Shown: positions 7,004-15,968, numbered from the stretch's first letter. The stretch: DNA of 53,956 bases from a virus (IMGVR_UViG_3300032087_000093:1-53956); one strand, 5' to 3'. The notes: generated from the letters alone by a model not told the origin. A program made the numbers and translations.

Positions 7004-8929
7004 TTAGCGGACTACGCCGCCGTAGAGAAACGATGGTGCTTGATCCATCGCGGTTGTTTCCCCTCGCATCGCATTAGCGCGGGCTTCGGGAACTGGTACG
7101 AACCCTTGTGCAGCCATGTCAGGCGCAGGGGGTGCGGGATCGGGAATTTTCGGGGCGGGCGCATCTGCGGCCTGTTGGCTGAAATCAATTCGGGGAACCA
7201 TGCCCAGCACAGAAGCCATTTGGAGTGCTGTCTTTCCTGCTCCCTCCGGATCAGCGACAGCACCCGTAACCATTTCGCCAACGACGCCTGCGCCACCTCC
7301 CATGCGAGACACAAAACTATCCTCAGGCTGTCCCGTCAGTTCTGACGTAAAGGTGCGGCCTTTTTGTTCTGCAATGTCATAGCTTTCTTTGTCTACAACA
7401 CCACCAATCAAGTCAAACAGCGGGCCGGGGGCGGACTTGGCCATAGCAAGCCCCGTAGTTGCTGCTGCTATAGCACTAGATTTGAGAGTCTTCTTAGCTG
7501 AAGAGAACTCTTCTGCCATATCAGCTAGGAAGTCATCAAACATTCCTGATGCTTGTTCTTTTTTTGCCGCTGCTGCTGCCTCTTTACTCTGCGCCTTTGC
7601 AACAGCGAGTGCCTCACTCTTTGCTACAGCCTGATCAATTTTTTCTTGGTCTATACCGGCCCGCGTTTCTACAGCAGCACTCTCGTCAAGAGCAGCCTGT
7701 AGGTCAGAAGCTGCTGCACTCGCTCTTAATTCAGACCGTCTAGCATTCCTAACTTCGTCGATAAGTTCAACATCAACTTCAGTTAGTGGTCCTACATTTT
7801 GATTAGCAGGAGTAGGAACAACATCAGAGCCGCGAGGTAAAACCTGAAGTTTAGGTGAACCTACAGCAGTTAGGTTGTTTGCAGAAACATTCAAACTAGC
7901 AGGCAGTTCGTTTAAGGTTTCTAAGCCCATTACTTCGGCCATCATGTTGTGAAGGCCATTGAGAGCTTGTCTTTCCGCACTTCCCTCGCCAGTTTCAATC
8001 GGAGATATGTAATTTGCGGCAGTCATTTTTTTGACTGACCCCATCATCTCATCGTAAGAGGCATGTCCCATAACTGTACTTACGGGTATACCCATGTTGA
8101 GTTCGCCAACCATAAGAGACGGAACAATCTTACGTATATCACTCGCACCAACAAAGGGACGGGGCTTCCCTCCCCCTAGTATCTTTTCGTACTGTTTAAA
8201 CTGATCCCTTATTCCGCCTGCTACTTTTGTAGCTGTGGTCATTTGCGCCGTTGTACGATCAAATATTACGGACTGGCCGTTTGCTACGGCTGCAGCGTGT
8301 GCGTCTCTGAGTATCTCTAGGGCAACTTCGGGAAGTTGAATTGCCCCCCTAATTTTATTACCCCTTCTCCACTCTTCTTTAAATTGTCCTGTTTCGAAAT
8401 CAAAATCATCTATACCTATTTTTCCTACTTCTCCCGGACGAAGGGGCACAAGGAAATTAAACGCTACGGCAGCGCGGGTTTGAGGATCGGGGATTGCATT
8501 AATACCCTTGATAAATGCGGGTATAGCATCTTGAGCGGGAGGAACAGCTTTGGGCTTCACACGAGACTGCCCAGCTTCGCTGGTGCCACGAGGCTGCACG
8601 GCAGTAGCCAATTCTAGTTCAGTCGCTCTTCCTGATGCCCCATACCCAATCTTGTATGAATACTCCGCACCCTCTTCAGATTGTGCAGCAAGCTTGCGGA
8701 GTTGCTGTTCAGCAGCACCTAGTTCGACGAACTGAGCATTCTTACCCTGCTCGTTAAGATCACGAAGAAATTTATCAGTTGATACAGTTGACCAGTTGTC
8801 GTCTAGGCCATACCCCATCGCTTTAATTCTGTTGAGTGTAGCACCGGGATTTTTCCGAATAGAAAGAGCCTCACGAATAGTAAGCGTACCATCCGCAGCC
8901 TTCGCTCCTATTTCAATCTTGCTTGCCAT
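7004..8929 (-). CDS. tyrosine recombinase/resolvase-domain protein with Ala-rich virion-like C-terminal half
   Basis: PLRPGEV (R164), RGNKIR (K192), LP and IF patches, ASDIRK (R266), VMGH (H289), MTAANY (Y307); residues ~330-641 are Ala-rich helical and Pro-rich. Confidence 0.75.
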   Translation of the reverse strand: MASKIEIGAKAADGTLTIREALSIRKNPGATLNRIKAMGYGLDDNWSTVSTDKFLRDLNEQGKNAQFVELGAAEQQLRKLAAQSEEGAEYSYKIGYGASGRATELELATAVQPRGTSEAGQSRVKPKAVPPAQDAIPAFIKGINAIPDPQTRAAVAFNFLVPLRPGEVGKIGIDDFDFETGQFKEEWRRGNKIRGAIQLPEVALEILRDAHAAAVANGQSVIFDRTTAQMTTATKVAGGIRDQFKQYEKILGGGKPRPFVGASDIRKIVPSLMVGELNMGIPVSTVMGHASYDEMMGSVKKMTAANYISPIETGEGSAERQALNGLHNMMAEVMGLETLNELPASLNVSANNLTAVGSPKLQVLPRGSDVVPTPANQNVGPLTEVDVELIDEVRNARRSELRASAAASDLQAALDESAAVETRAGIDQEKIDQAVAKSEALAVAKAQSKEAAAAAKKEQASGMFDDFLADMAEEFSSAKKTLKSSAIAAATTGLAMAKSAPGPLFDLIGGVVDKESYDIAEQKGRTFTSELTGQPEDSFVSRMGGGAGVVGEMVTGAVADPEGAGKTALQMASVLGMVPRIDFSQQAADAPAPKIPDPAPPAPDMAAQGFVPVPEARANAMRGETTAMDQAPSFLYGGVVR

Positions 8930-10600
8930 TTAGTATCCGAATACTTCGTCTTGGACTTGGTGAACTTGGTTCTTGATCGCATGGAGTTGCTGGTGTATCG
9001 AAGCGTAGCCACTCATGCGTGTCATCATTCCGTAGCGCAGGGCATCGTATGCGTGGTCTTCTGCCTTCGTATCTACGTCTTCGCTGTTCGTCTTGGAGAG
9101 TGGTATGCCTGCAATTTGCTTGACGATGTTCTGACACGATGAGAAGAAGCGTAGGCGTGGCTCTTCTGTGTATGGATCGTCAGCGAGGCGGCGGTGTATT
9201 TCCATCTTTCCTTGAATGCGATTGCGGTCTGATGGAGTCCAGCGCACACCCTCACGCATCATCACTTCTGCAATTGACGGCCCGAAACCCGTCTTGTTCC
9301 AACATGACGAGTCGAGGACCGTGTAGTGAGGTAGAGGGTCTAGTTGTTCCGCTTCTAGTATTCTAGCGGCTAACTCCTCTGCTGTCAAGTGCTTTTGGTA
9401 TAATTCTCTGTATATCCAAATATTGTTGTCCCAGTCGATAGCACCCCAGAGAACACAGGATGGTGCTGCGTATCCGTAGTCGGCCATACGTATGCGAGGC
9501 CAGTTCGTTGGCAAGTCGAATGCTTCGACAACATGCTTGGATCGTGAAAATTCTGGGAAGGCCGCTCCCTCCGCCACGTCCCAATCCCCTTCAAGAAGCC
9601 TCTTCCGCTCGACTTCCGGGAGCGACCTGAGCATAGCCTCGTACTGGCCGTCTGCCATCAGGTAGGGATTGTCAGTCAGCCTTGCTGGTACGAACTTGCG
9701 GTAGAACAGGGGCTGACCAGCCTTTTCGTGACCCGCAGGCCACACAAAGGGATTTTTTGTTTCTACGTCGAAGGCAGGAAAAGGCTTGTTCTCTGGTGTT
9801 CCTTCGATGTAGGTCTTCTTGACCCACCAACCACCCACTCCTCCGGGGTTGGCTGTGCAGCGCATGTACAGGTGTTGCTGGAGTTCAGGATCAGTAGCAC
9901 GAAGGCGAGAACGCAGGTAATCCCAGACATAAGGTGTGGGGTACTGCGTAATCTCATCGATGCCTATCCAGTTGAATGCCTGTCCCTGAAAGCGGGTTAC
10001 GTCCTTGTCTTTGTCGAGGTAAGTGAACCAGATGGTTGCACCAGAGGGAAAGACCCACGTAGACTTCGACTCACGAAACTTCGCACCGGGAAATGCCTTG
10101 ACGTATAATTGACGTGACTTATCGATCAGTTCGGTTAGTTCGTCGAGAGTACGCCTAAGAAGAAGCCCACGATGATTAGGGTTGTGGCAGAAGCGCAGAG
10201 GATCGGCCAAGAGAGCGAAACTCTTTCCGCCACCCGCTGCTCCACCATAGAGAACATCTCGTTCACTCGAACTGAGAAACTCTTCTTGGGGTCCACTGTT
10301 GGGACGGAATACGATCTGTGCATCATCCACCAAATCTGCAACGGCTGCAGGCAGGTCATCCAGATCACCCTGATCAACGACTGTCGTATCTTTTCCAACA
10401 AGGGCCTTCTCCACTTTGCCTATTTTGGTTTCGAGTTTGCGGGCGTAGCGACGTTTGTCCTCTGCCGCCTTCGTTGTCTTGGCTGCACGACGCTTGGCTG
10501 CGTTGAGTTTCTTTTGGGCAGCACGTCGGGCACGTTCCTTTGTAGACAGGTTGTACGTGGCTTTGGGTGCGTTGGGGTCTTTCTTAGGACGACCCGCCAT
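8930..10600 (-). CDS. terL: terminase large subunit
   Basis: Walker A YGGAAGGGKS, Walker B WIGIDE, TANPGG coupling motif, RNase H-like ADYG...EDHAYDALRY. Confidence 0.96.
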   Translation of the reverse strand: MAGRPKKDPNAPKATYNLSTKERARRAAQKKLNAAKRRAAKTTKAAEDKRRYARKLETKIGKVEKALVGKDTTVVDQGDLDDLPAAVADLVDDAQIVFRPNSGPQEEFLSSSERDVLYGGAAGGGKSFALLADPLRFCHNPNHRGLLLRRTLDELTELIDKSRQLYVKAFPGAKFRESKSTWVFPSGATIWFTYLDKDKDVTRFQGQAFNWIGIDEITQYPTPYVWDYLRSRLRATDPELQQHLYMRCTANPGGVGGWWVKKTYIEGTPENKPFPAFDVETKNPFVWPAGHEKAGQPLFYRKFVPARLTDNPYLMADGQYEAMLRSLPEVERKRLLEGDWDVAEGAAFPEFSRSKHVVEAFDLPTNWPRIRMADYGYAAPSCVLWGAIDWDNNIWIYRELYQKHLTAEELAARILEAEQLDPLPHYTVLDSSCWNKTGFGPSIAEVMMREGVRWTPSDRNRIQGKMEIHRRLADDPYTEEPRLRFFSSCQNIVKQIAGIPLSKTNSEDVDTKAEDHAYDALRYGMMTRMSGYASIHQQLHAIKNQVHQVQDEVFGY

Positions 10601-10997
10601 CGATCACGACCTCTTTCTTGGGTGGCAGCAGGACAACGCCGTGTACTGCAGCTACGTTGTGGTTGATTGTCTCCTGCTGCTTCACTCCTACCCTGTTTAA
10701 GAGGCTCTCAGCAGCCTTGAGACGCAGATCATCACCGCGTTCGGGGGCGGGGTTGTCAATTGTGTCTACGAGGCGTGTAGCGGCCTTGTAGGCATTCATA
10801 GACAGGATGTCTTTCGTGCGATCTACGATCTCTTCAGCGAGTGTTTTGCGTAACCAGACTGCACTGCCCTTCGAGTAGCCCGCATCTACGGCTGCTTGGG
10901 TTACGTTGCCACCGTTTTCGAAGAGAATGTCGAGGAATTGCGTCTGTTGGGGCGTCAATTCACGCTTTTTTGGTGTTTGTTGGGGCAGGAGGTTCAT
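10584..10997 (-). CDS. terS: terminase small subunit
   Basis: LTPQQTQFL...GNVTQAAVDAGYS HTH motif; immediately upstream of and overlapping terL. Confidence 0.8.
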   Translation of the reverse strand: MNLLPQQTPKKRELTPQQTQFLDILFENGGNVTQAAVDAGYSKGSAVWLRKTLAEEIVDRTKDILSMNAYKAATRLVDTIDNPAPERGDDLRLKAAESLLNRVGVKQQETINHNVAAVHGVVLLPPKKEVVIDGGSS

Positions 10998-11000
10998 AAC

Positions 11001-11201
11001 TTAAGTCGATTCCTGTTTGGCAGGGGTACAAGTCGCGGCTACGATGACTTTTCCGGGCGTAACTGCGCGTATTTCACCTATCATCTGGACAACACGGGTC
11101 GCACAGTCACCCTCGTCGAGGTACGGACCCTTGATATCGGTGAATTGTGTGCATTCGTTGGGGCTGTGAAGCCAACAAGCGAATATCATAGCCGTGAACA
11201 T
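11001..11201 (-). CDS. small Cys-containing hypothetical protein, first gene of the late operon
   Basis: AGGAAA RBS; hydrophobic start, four Cys. Confidence 0.6.
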   Translation of the reverse strand: MFTAMIFACWLHSPNECTQFTDIKGPYLDEGDCATRVVQMIGEIRAVTPGKVIVAATCTPAKQEST

Positions 11202-11320
11202 AGCTGTTTTCCTAGAAGTGAAGAAGGGTGAGACGCATTCATGTCCGCTACCACTGGGTTAGTACAACTGAATTGTCGTGTAGTGGGGTGGTCCGACATA
11301 AAAATGCGGCTCACGTCAAC

Positions 11321-11349
11321 AGTATAGGGACTTTTTACATGTGTGTCAA
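11321..11349 (-). promoter_or_regulatory. sigma70-type promoter for the terS-terL late operon
   Basis: TTGACA-17 nt-TATACT on the minus strand. Confidence 0.75.
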
Positions 11350-11358
11350 CTTTTTTTC

Positions 11359-11387
11359 TTGACAAAATTAAAATCAGACTGTACTAT
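11359..11387 (+). promoter_or_regulatory. sigma70-type promoter firing into a non-coding region
   Basis: TTGACA-17 nt-TACTAT, back-to-back with the leftward promoter. Confidence 0.7.
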
Positions 11388-11393
11388 GGGCAT

Positions 11394-11652
11394 AGGCCCG
11401 CGGGGGTAAACCCCATAGGTACCCTCCGACAACCATCGGGTACTCCCCAACGTATCCTTTTTACTCATATTGATTACTATACTCGACACAATTGCTGTCG
11501 GGATTGCATACAGATACTGGTACTCCCCCGGTGGCCTTAGCGACCCCTATGGGCCGTTCCCCATCGGTGATGCCAAGGTGGCCAACAATTCGACAAACCC
11601 AAACAAAGCCCCGCCGGATTCACTCTTGCATGTGCGTCTGGCTCTTTTTTTT
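11394..11652 (+). ncRNA. candidate structured non-coding RNA
   Basis: Lies between a consensus promoter and a stem plus T-tract; several hairpins; no convincing ORF or RBS. Confidence 0.3.
11613..11652 (+). terminator. putative intrinsic terminator
   Basis: GCCGGA...TCTGGC stem followed by TCTTTTTTTT. Confidence 0.45.
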
Positions 11653-11791
11653 ACCATCCGCCGACAATTTGTCATGTGCCTTACTTCATGGGGCGTGTGT
11701 CACGGGCAAAAAGCGCAGCAATCCCCGAACAAGTAACCCGCCAGATTATCCCGCCTAAACAAACCCGTGCGGTATTTACTGGCATCCGCAC

Positions 11792-11823
11792 AAAAAAAGA
11801 CCCCCGCCACTAAGGGACGGGGG
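11792..11823 (-). terminator. intrinsic terminator ending the leftward early operon
   Basis: CCCCCGTC-loop-GGCGGGGG stem then TCTTTTTTT on the minus strand. Confidence 0.75.
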
Positions 11824-11878
11824 CAAGGTTGGGAGGAAGATTGCCGGGATATTAGCCCCTCACCGGCAGGGTAACTCT

Positions 11879-12100
11879 TCAGTCGTCTTTCGAGACTGTA
11901 AACTGTGCGGACGCAATAGAGCGGGGGCTGCTGCTCATCCACTTCTGCAAGCCGATTGCATCCATGAAAGTATCTAGGGCATCGATCTGGCTTTCAATGC
12001 CGGTAATCATTGTCCGGATTGTGCGGATTTCCTGTTCGGTAATCGCGAATACCTTCCTAGCTTCAGATGTAGTCAGTTCGTTTTTGATTTGTGTATTCAT
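11879..12100 (-). CDS. hypothetical early protein (coiled coil)
   Basis: GAGGA RBS, ATG start. Confidence 0.7.
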   Translation of the reverse strand: MNTQIKNELTTSEARKVFAITEQEIRTIRTMITGIESQIDALDTFMDAIGLQKWMSSSPRSIASAQFTVSKDD

Positions 12101-12169
12101 TGTTATAGTTCCTCTTTACCTAGATGTGTGAGGCGGGCAACCGCGCCCGCCCCTGATTATAAGCACAAG

Positions 12170-12562
12170 TCATGCAGCCTTTGCAAGCCGATAAATCTTG
12201 GCATATCCCCCGCGATGATTGCCGGTGTTGCGCCTGTCGATCTGATAGCCCATCTTTTCAAGCTGCCAGAGATAGGTATAGACGGTTTCTTTCGTGATCC
12301 GCAAATTACCGGCAAGGGTAGGAACCGCGATATAGCCAGCCTCTAAGAACCGAAGCATCTTCTTCTGTGTTGAATTCAAGCGGACAGTTACAACGTCTTT
12401 CGGCTGCAGGCCGGATTCGTGCAGCGGCTGGCTTGTTTGTTCAGCGAACAATTCGCCCCGCATCTTGCTTATGATCCGGTCCCGCTCGTCACTCCTAATA
12501 GCAAGTTCGAAACGATCAGCCAGTGTCTTCAGTTCTGAGAGTAGTTCTGGTGGATACTTCAT
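12170..12562 (-). CDS. winged-helix DNA-binding protein
   Basis: LNSTQKKMLRFL...VPTLAGNLRITKETVYTYLWQLEKMGYQI...YRL wHTH pattern. Confidence 0.7.
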   Translation of the reverse strand: MKYPPELLSELKTLADRFELAIRSDERDRIISKMRGELFAEQTSQPLHESGLQPKDVVTVRLNSTQKKMLRFLEAGYIAVPTLAGNLRITKETVYTYLWQLEKMGYQIDRRNTGNHRGGYAKIYRLAKAA

Positions 12563-12675
12563 TGCGTGTGTTCTTTCTGCCCATCGGGCATTGCCTAGCC
12601 GAAAACAGCTAGAATGATTAGGACCAGTAGAACGATCCAGACAAGTTTAAACGTAGATGCAATTATGTCATGCAT

Positions 12676-13683
12676 TTAGGACGCTAACCCTTCCAAGTAC
12701 TGCCAAGACGGACCACCAACAATGGCCCGCACTTGGTCGTTGCGTGTGTACCTTTTCCGCTCGTTGCGGCCAGTTTCACGGGTATCTGGCAAATGTGTTG
12801 CCCAGTGTGTAAGCGCATTGTAACCCGCCCACAAGGTCGATCCCAACTCGCGCTTCTCTTCGTTGAACCGCTCCAACATGTAGTTCAAGCGGCGTTCATT
12901 TACCGACAAGCGTTCGTCAGTCTTGGCAGCTTCTGTATTCTTTTTGCAGATCGATTCCTTGAGGATGTCGGAAAATTGCTGGTTGGTCAGGCTGGCATTG
13001 CGCCACCGCATCATCTGCTCTTTCTGACCAGACCACATGCTAAGGCCCATCGTTGCCTTGCCAATCATCGCTTCCGCCGACACGTGGCCCCGATGAACCT
13101 TACGCTGGTGATAGGCTTTCTCACCGCCGAAAACGAGCGTATTGCGGCACAAGTCACGATATGCCCCGCTGAATATCTGCAAGGCCCAAGACATATCAAC
13201 ACTGTTGAACATATCCATCCGGCAGCGTACTACATCGTCACCACCGGCCAACGTCTTAGAGCGGGCCTGTAGATCATGGAAGTAGATTGTCCGGTGAACC
13301 CGTGCCCCCTCTTCATAGATGCGATCCACTACTTCGACATTGTCCAACGGCAAGTCAGAAGCTGCCAGTAGGTCAGCTTGTGCCTTGAACAGCGTGTCAT
13401 GCGGTATGAGTGCGTACGACTTGCCGACGGGCCGGACGTTGAGCAGCCCGCCCGTAGCCTTGTTCTGCAATGCGTGGAAACCATCAAGCGGGCGTGGCTC
13501 GACAAACTCAACATCTTGATGTGTATAGGTCGTCTGTGCCTCAATCGGAACCCGCCGTATCTGCCCGAATTTTTCGTATAGGCTCACATCGTCAATGCGC
13601 TTATGCGTCACCCATATATTGTCGCCCCGTGCCTTCGAACGGCTGGCGGCTTGGTCTTCAATCGGTATCAAATCGAGTGGCAT
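12676..13683 (-). CDS. DUF932-family protein
   Basis: VGKSYALIPH, FNSVDMSW, GAYRDLCRN and TLWAGYNALTHWATH motifs. Confidence 0.75.
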   Translation of the reverse strand: MPLDLIPIEDQAASRSKARGDNIWVTHKRIDDVSLYEKFGQIRRVPIEAQTTYTHQDVEFVEPRPLDGFHALQNKATGGLLNVRPVGKSYALIPHDTLFKAQADLLAASDLPLDNVEVVDRIYEEGARVHRTIYFHDLQARSKTLAGGDDVVRCRMDMFNSVDMSWALQIFSGAYRDLCRNTLVFGGEKAYHQRKVHRGHVSAEAMIGKATMGLSMWSGQKEQMMRWRNASLTNQQFSDILKESICKKNTEAAKTDERLSVNERRLNYMLERFNEEKRELGSTLWAGYNALTHWATHLPDTRETGRNERKRYTRNDQVRAIVGGPSWQYLEGLAS

Positions 13684-13935
13684 AACATGCCCCTTTCGTC
13701 ATTGTTGTGTGGCTGGCGTTGGTGCCAGTTCGTGAATCATGGCACAAAGTTTGCAGAGTGCAAAACATTTTTTGCCCGATCCGGAAGCTGGCGGGCTGGC
13801 CCCATCGACTCGCCGCCCGCCCGATCAATCCGCCAGTCCTGCCCCGCCCCCGAACGGACGCACACAAGAAACCTTTAATTGATCCCCAAACTGTTAAGCA
13901 ATGCGCTGACAATATTTTGAAGCATGGGGCTGACA

Positions 13936-14553
13936 TTATTTGATGCCCCAACGATCCCGCCAGACGCGCCAAGTAATAGCCTGTAGCTGGTATGGCATCA
14001 GGCCAAGCTGCCGCGCTGCCTCTTCATATGCAGCCTGTAGGGCGCGGTATTCACGGACGCCAATATTCGATCTGTCGTCAGTCAATCCTACCTTTTCATC
14101 ATAGGCAATGTTGCGCGCGTGACCATCGATTGTGACGTTGAATTCACCCATGATATCGCAAAAAAACGACGTGATCTTTTGCCCCTTGAGCATCGTTTTT
14201 GCCGTGTCGTAGTCCGGACGCGCTGCCAAGATGTCCCAAGCCTTCTGTTTCATCTTGTGATAGGTCGAAACCTTCACAGCGTCGATCCCGTCACCCCGCA
14301 GAAAAGCACCGATCAAGGCATCAGCGTTTATGACATTGCGTGACCACTTGTTATTCGGGGAAAGCGCAGCAATAACGGCCACCACCAAGTAAACAGCGAT
14401 GTCATACTTGGCCGCGATATCATATGCCGCACACTGTGCAGACGAATACCAAGCCATACCGCCCGCCCGCTGGTCATCGTCTGCTGTCTTGTAACATGCA
14501 ACGATGTTTGCGATCATGCGTTCGTGATCAACCAGTGTTGTTTGTTTTGTCAT
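13936..14553 (-). CDS. conserved phage protein with HhH-GPD DNA-glycosylase-like motifs
   Basis: GMAWY, IAALSPNNKW, GQKITSF, VTIDGH and QLQAITW motifs. Confidence 0.55.
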   Translation of the reverse strand: MTKQTTLVDHERMIANIVACYKTADDDQRAGGMAWYSSAQCAAYDIAAKYDIAVYLVVAVIAALSPNNKWSRNVINADALIGAFLRGDGIDAVKVSTYHKMKQKAWDILAARPDYDTAKTMLKGQKITSFFCDIMGEFNVTIDGHARNIAYDEKVGLTDDRSNIGVREYRALQAAYEEAARQLGLMPYQLQAITWRVWRDRWGIK

Positions 14554-14588
14554 CGTGTTTTGTCCCTTCGTTAGAAAACGATATCGGA

Positions 14589-14617
14589 AACCTACGGACG
14601 GTAGCCAGTGTGGTCAA
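14589..14617 (-). promoter_or_regulatory. sigma70-type promoter
   Basis: TTGACC-17 nt-TAGGTT upstream of the gene starting at 14553. Confidence 0.5.
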
Positions 14618-14792
14618 GTCTTTTTATTTGTTGTCCCTTTTCGTGCAGCCAGCACGACGGACAACGCAACGCCCCGCCCTCGTTCGTCATAGCTGGCTCA
14701 CCGCACTTGTCGCACTTGTAGTCAGGGGACAGGGTTGTGTGCTTGTCGCTGACAAAATTACGACTGACAAAATTAGGGCTGACATTATTCAA
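14592..14792 (-). CDS. small zinc-ribbon protein
   Basis: CDKC...CPSC; probable TTG start at 14792 after GGAG. Confidence 0.55.
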   Translation of the reverse strand: MNNVSPNFVSRNFVSDKHTTLSPDYKCDKCGEPAMTNEGGALRCPSCWLHEKGQQIKRLDHTGYRP

Positions 14793-14952
14793 GGTCTGGC
14801 TCCTGTGGTTCGGCGTGGTCCTGTTGCCATTTGAGTTGCAGTTCGTCGTACACTTCAGCCACAGTTTCACCGTGCTTGTCCATGAATTCCTGTCGCGTCA
14901 TGTACGCGGCGTCCTCTTCCATCTCAATCATCCAGTCGGATACTTTACCCAT
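14785..14952 (-). CDS. small acidic hypothetical protein (55 aa, below the ORF-track cutoff)
   Basis: Manual translation MGKVSDWMIEMEEDAAYMTRQEFMDKHGE...; AGGA RBS; overlaps both neighbours. Confidence 0.7.
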   Translation of the reverse strand: MGKVSDWMIEMEEDAAYMTRQEFMDKHGETVAEVYDELQLKWQQDHAEPQEPDLE

Positions 14953-15271
14953 TGCGTGTTCCTACCTTTGTCTCATAGTTTTCAATGTCACCGATCACGT
15001 CATCAATCCTGCCATATGCCAAGTCGAGGTCGCTGTCAATGAGGTCAATGTCTTCGAGTGCGTTCTTTGCCTGCGTGAGAAAGGCACGGATCACTGTCGT
15101 CTGTGTTAGCTTGGCGCGGTACACTTCACCACCACCGTGACACTCTGTACAGTAGTACACCGTGCCAACAATCTCACCACCTCGTATAGGGTCCGGTACT
15201 GCCTTCTCGCCCTCGACTTTACCATAGCCGCCACACTGCCAGCAGTGACACGACTCGACGTGGTACTCCAT
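14945..15271 (-). CDS. DnaJ-type zinc-finger protein
   Basis: CWQCGGYG and CTECHGGG (two CxxCxGxG); GGGAGG RBS before ATG 15271. Confidence 0.7.
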   Translation of the reverse strand: MEYHVESCHCWQCGGYGKVEGEKAVPDPIRGGEIVGTVYYCTECHGGGEVYRAKLTQTTVIRAFLTQAKNALEDIDLIDSDLDLAYGRIDDVIGDIENYETKVGTRNG

Positions 15272-15310
15272 CAGCCAAACCTCCCGCTGTCCATTACCAG
15301 TTGATACCAC

Positions 15311-15571
15311 TTAGTCATCGCTGGGCACCTCTTCTTCAATCCACTTGTAGTCTGCCCACCAGTTTCTTCGGCCTTGCTCATTATGAGGCTGAAACAGTCC
15401 AAAGCGATTGCCCAGAAGACTGTCTGCACCATCCAGACTGCGAACAATACTGTAGTCAATATCACACTTCTCGTCTGTGGCCCTGTTGAAATCCTTAAGG
15501 GCGTTAATGATGGTGCGAACCTGTTCTAGCTGCCACTCGTCGAGTTCGATAGTGATCTTTTTCTTTTCCAT
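15311..15571 (-). CDS. hypothetical early protein
   Basis: AAGGAG RBS before ATG 15571 (MEKKKITIELDEW). Confidence 0.7.
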   Translation of the reverse strand: MEKKKITIELDEWQLEQVRTIINALKDFNRATDEKCDIDYSIVRSLDGADSLLGNRFGLFQPHNEQGRRNWWADYKWIEEEVPSDD

Positions 15572-15641
15572 GCTGCCAATCTCCTTGTGTGTTGGCGTTG
15601 CGATACATAACCCATATTGGTAAAAACAATGGGCGTCAAGC

Positions 15642-15679
15642 AAAAAAAGAGCGGGGCCAGAAAAATCCAGCCCCGCTCT
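15642..15679 (-). terminator. intrinsic terminator
   Basis: AGAGCGGGGC/GCCCCGCTCT stem with T7 tract on the minus strand. Confidence 0.75.
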
Positions 15680-15707
15680 CCACACACACAACAACGAAAG
15701 TGTATCC

Positions 15708-15968
15708 CTACGAACTACCAACCTCGTAGGGAATACCCAGTTTTACCAAGACGTGACGATGCTTGTCAAGCCATCGTTTACACTCCTGTTCGTTTTTGCC
15801 GACAAATATTGTCACAAGGCGCAGATAGTCTACAGCCTGCTTCCTCTTGACAAGTTCGCGGCTTGTCTCCCCGATGCGTACGGACGACACTGGAGCGACA
15901 ACTTCCCACCGCCATCGATTGACAATCCCTATCTCTAGGGGTTTAGTTTTCAGGTTGTTCTTCATCAC
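15708..15968 (-). CDS. hypothetical early protein
   Basis: GAGGA RBS; overlaps the upstream RHH gene. Confidence 0.6.
   Translation of the reverse strand: MMKNNLKTKPLEIGIVNRWRWEVVAPVSSVRIGETSRELVKRKQAVDYLRLVTIFVGKNEQECKRWLDKHRHVLVKLGIPYEVGSS

Noticed and set aside
11202-11878. Long perfect palindrome expected for a protelomerase target
   Set aside because: Only short or imperfect inverted repeats were found by eye, so a firm telomere-resolvase call is not supported; an einverted/palindrome scan would settle it.
11343-11942. ORFs 11343-11540, 11470-11736, 11492-11758 and 11700-11942 in the non-coding region
   Set aside because: No good RBS, they cross promoter or terminator elements, and the products are not protein-like.
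13780-13860. C-rich tract (G-rich on the minus strand) as a G-quadruplex or special element
   Set aside because: G-runs are irregular and there is no other support; more likely an ordinary leader or terminator-like intergenic sequence.
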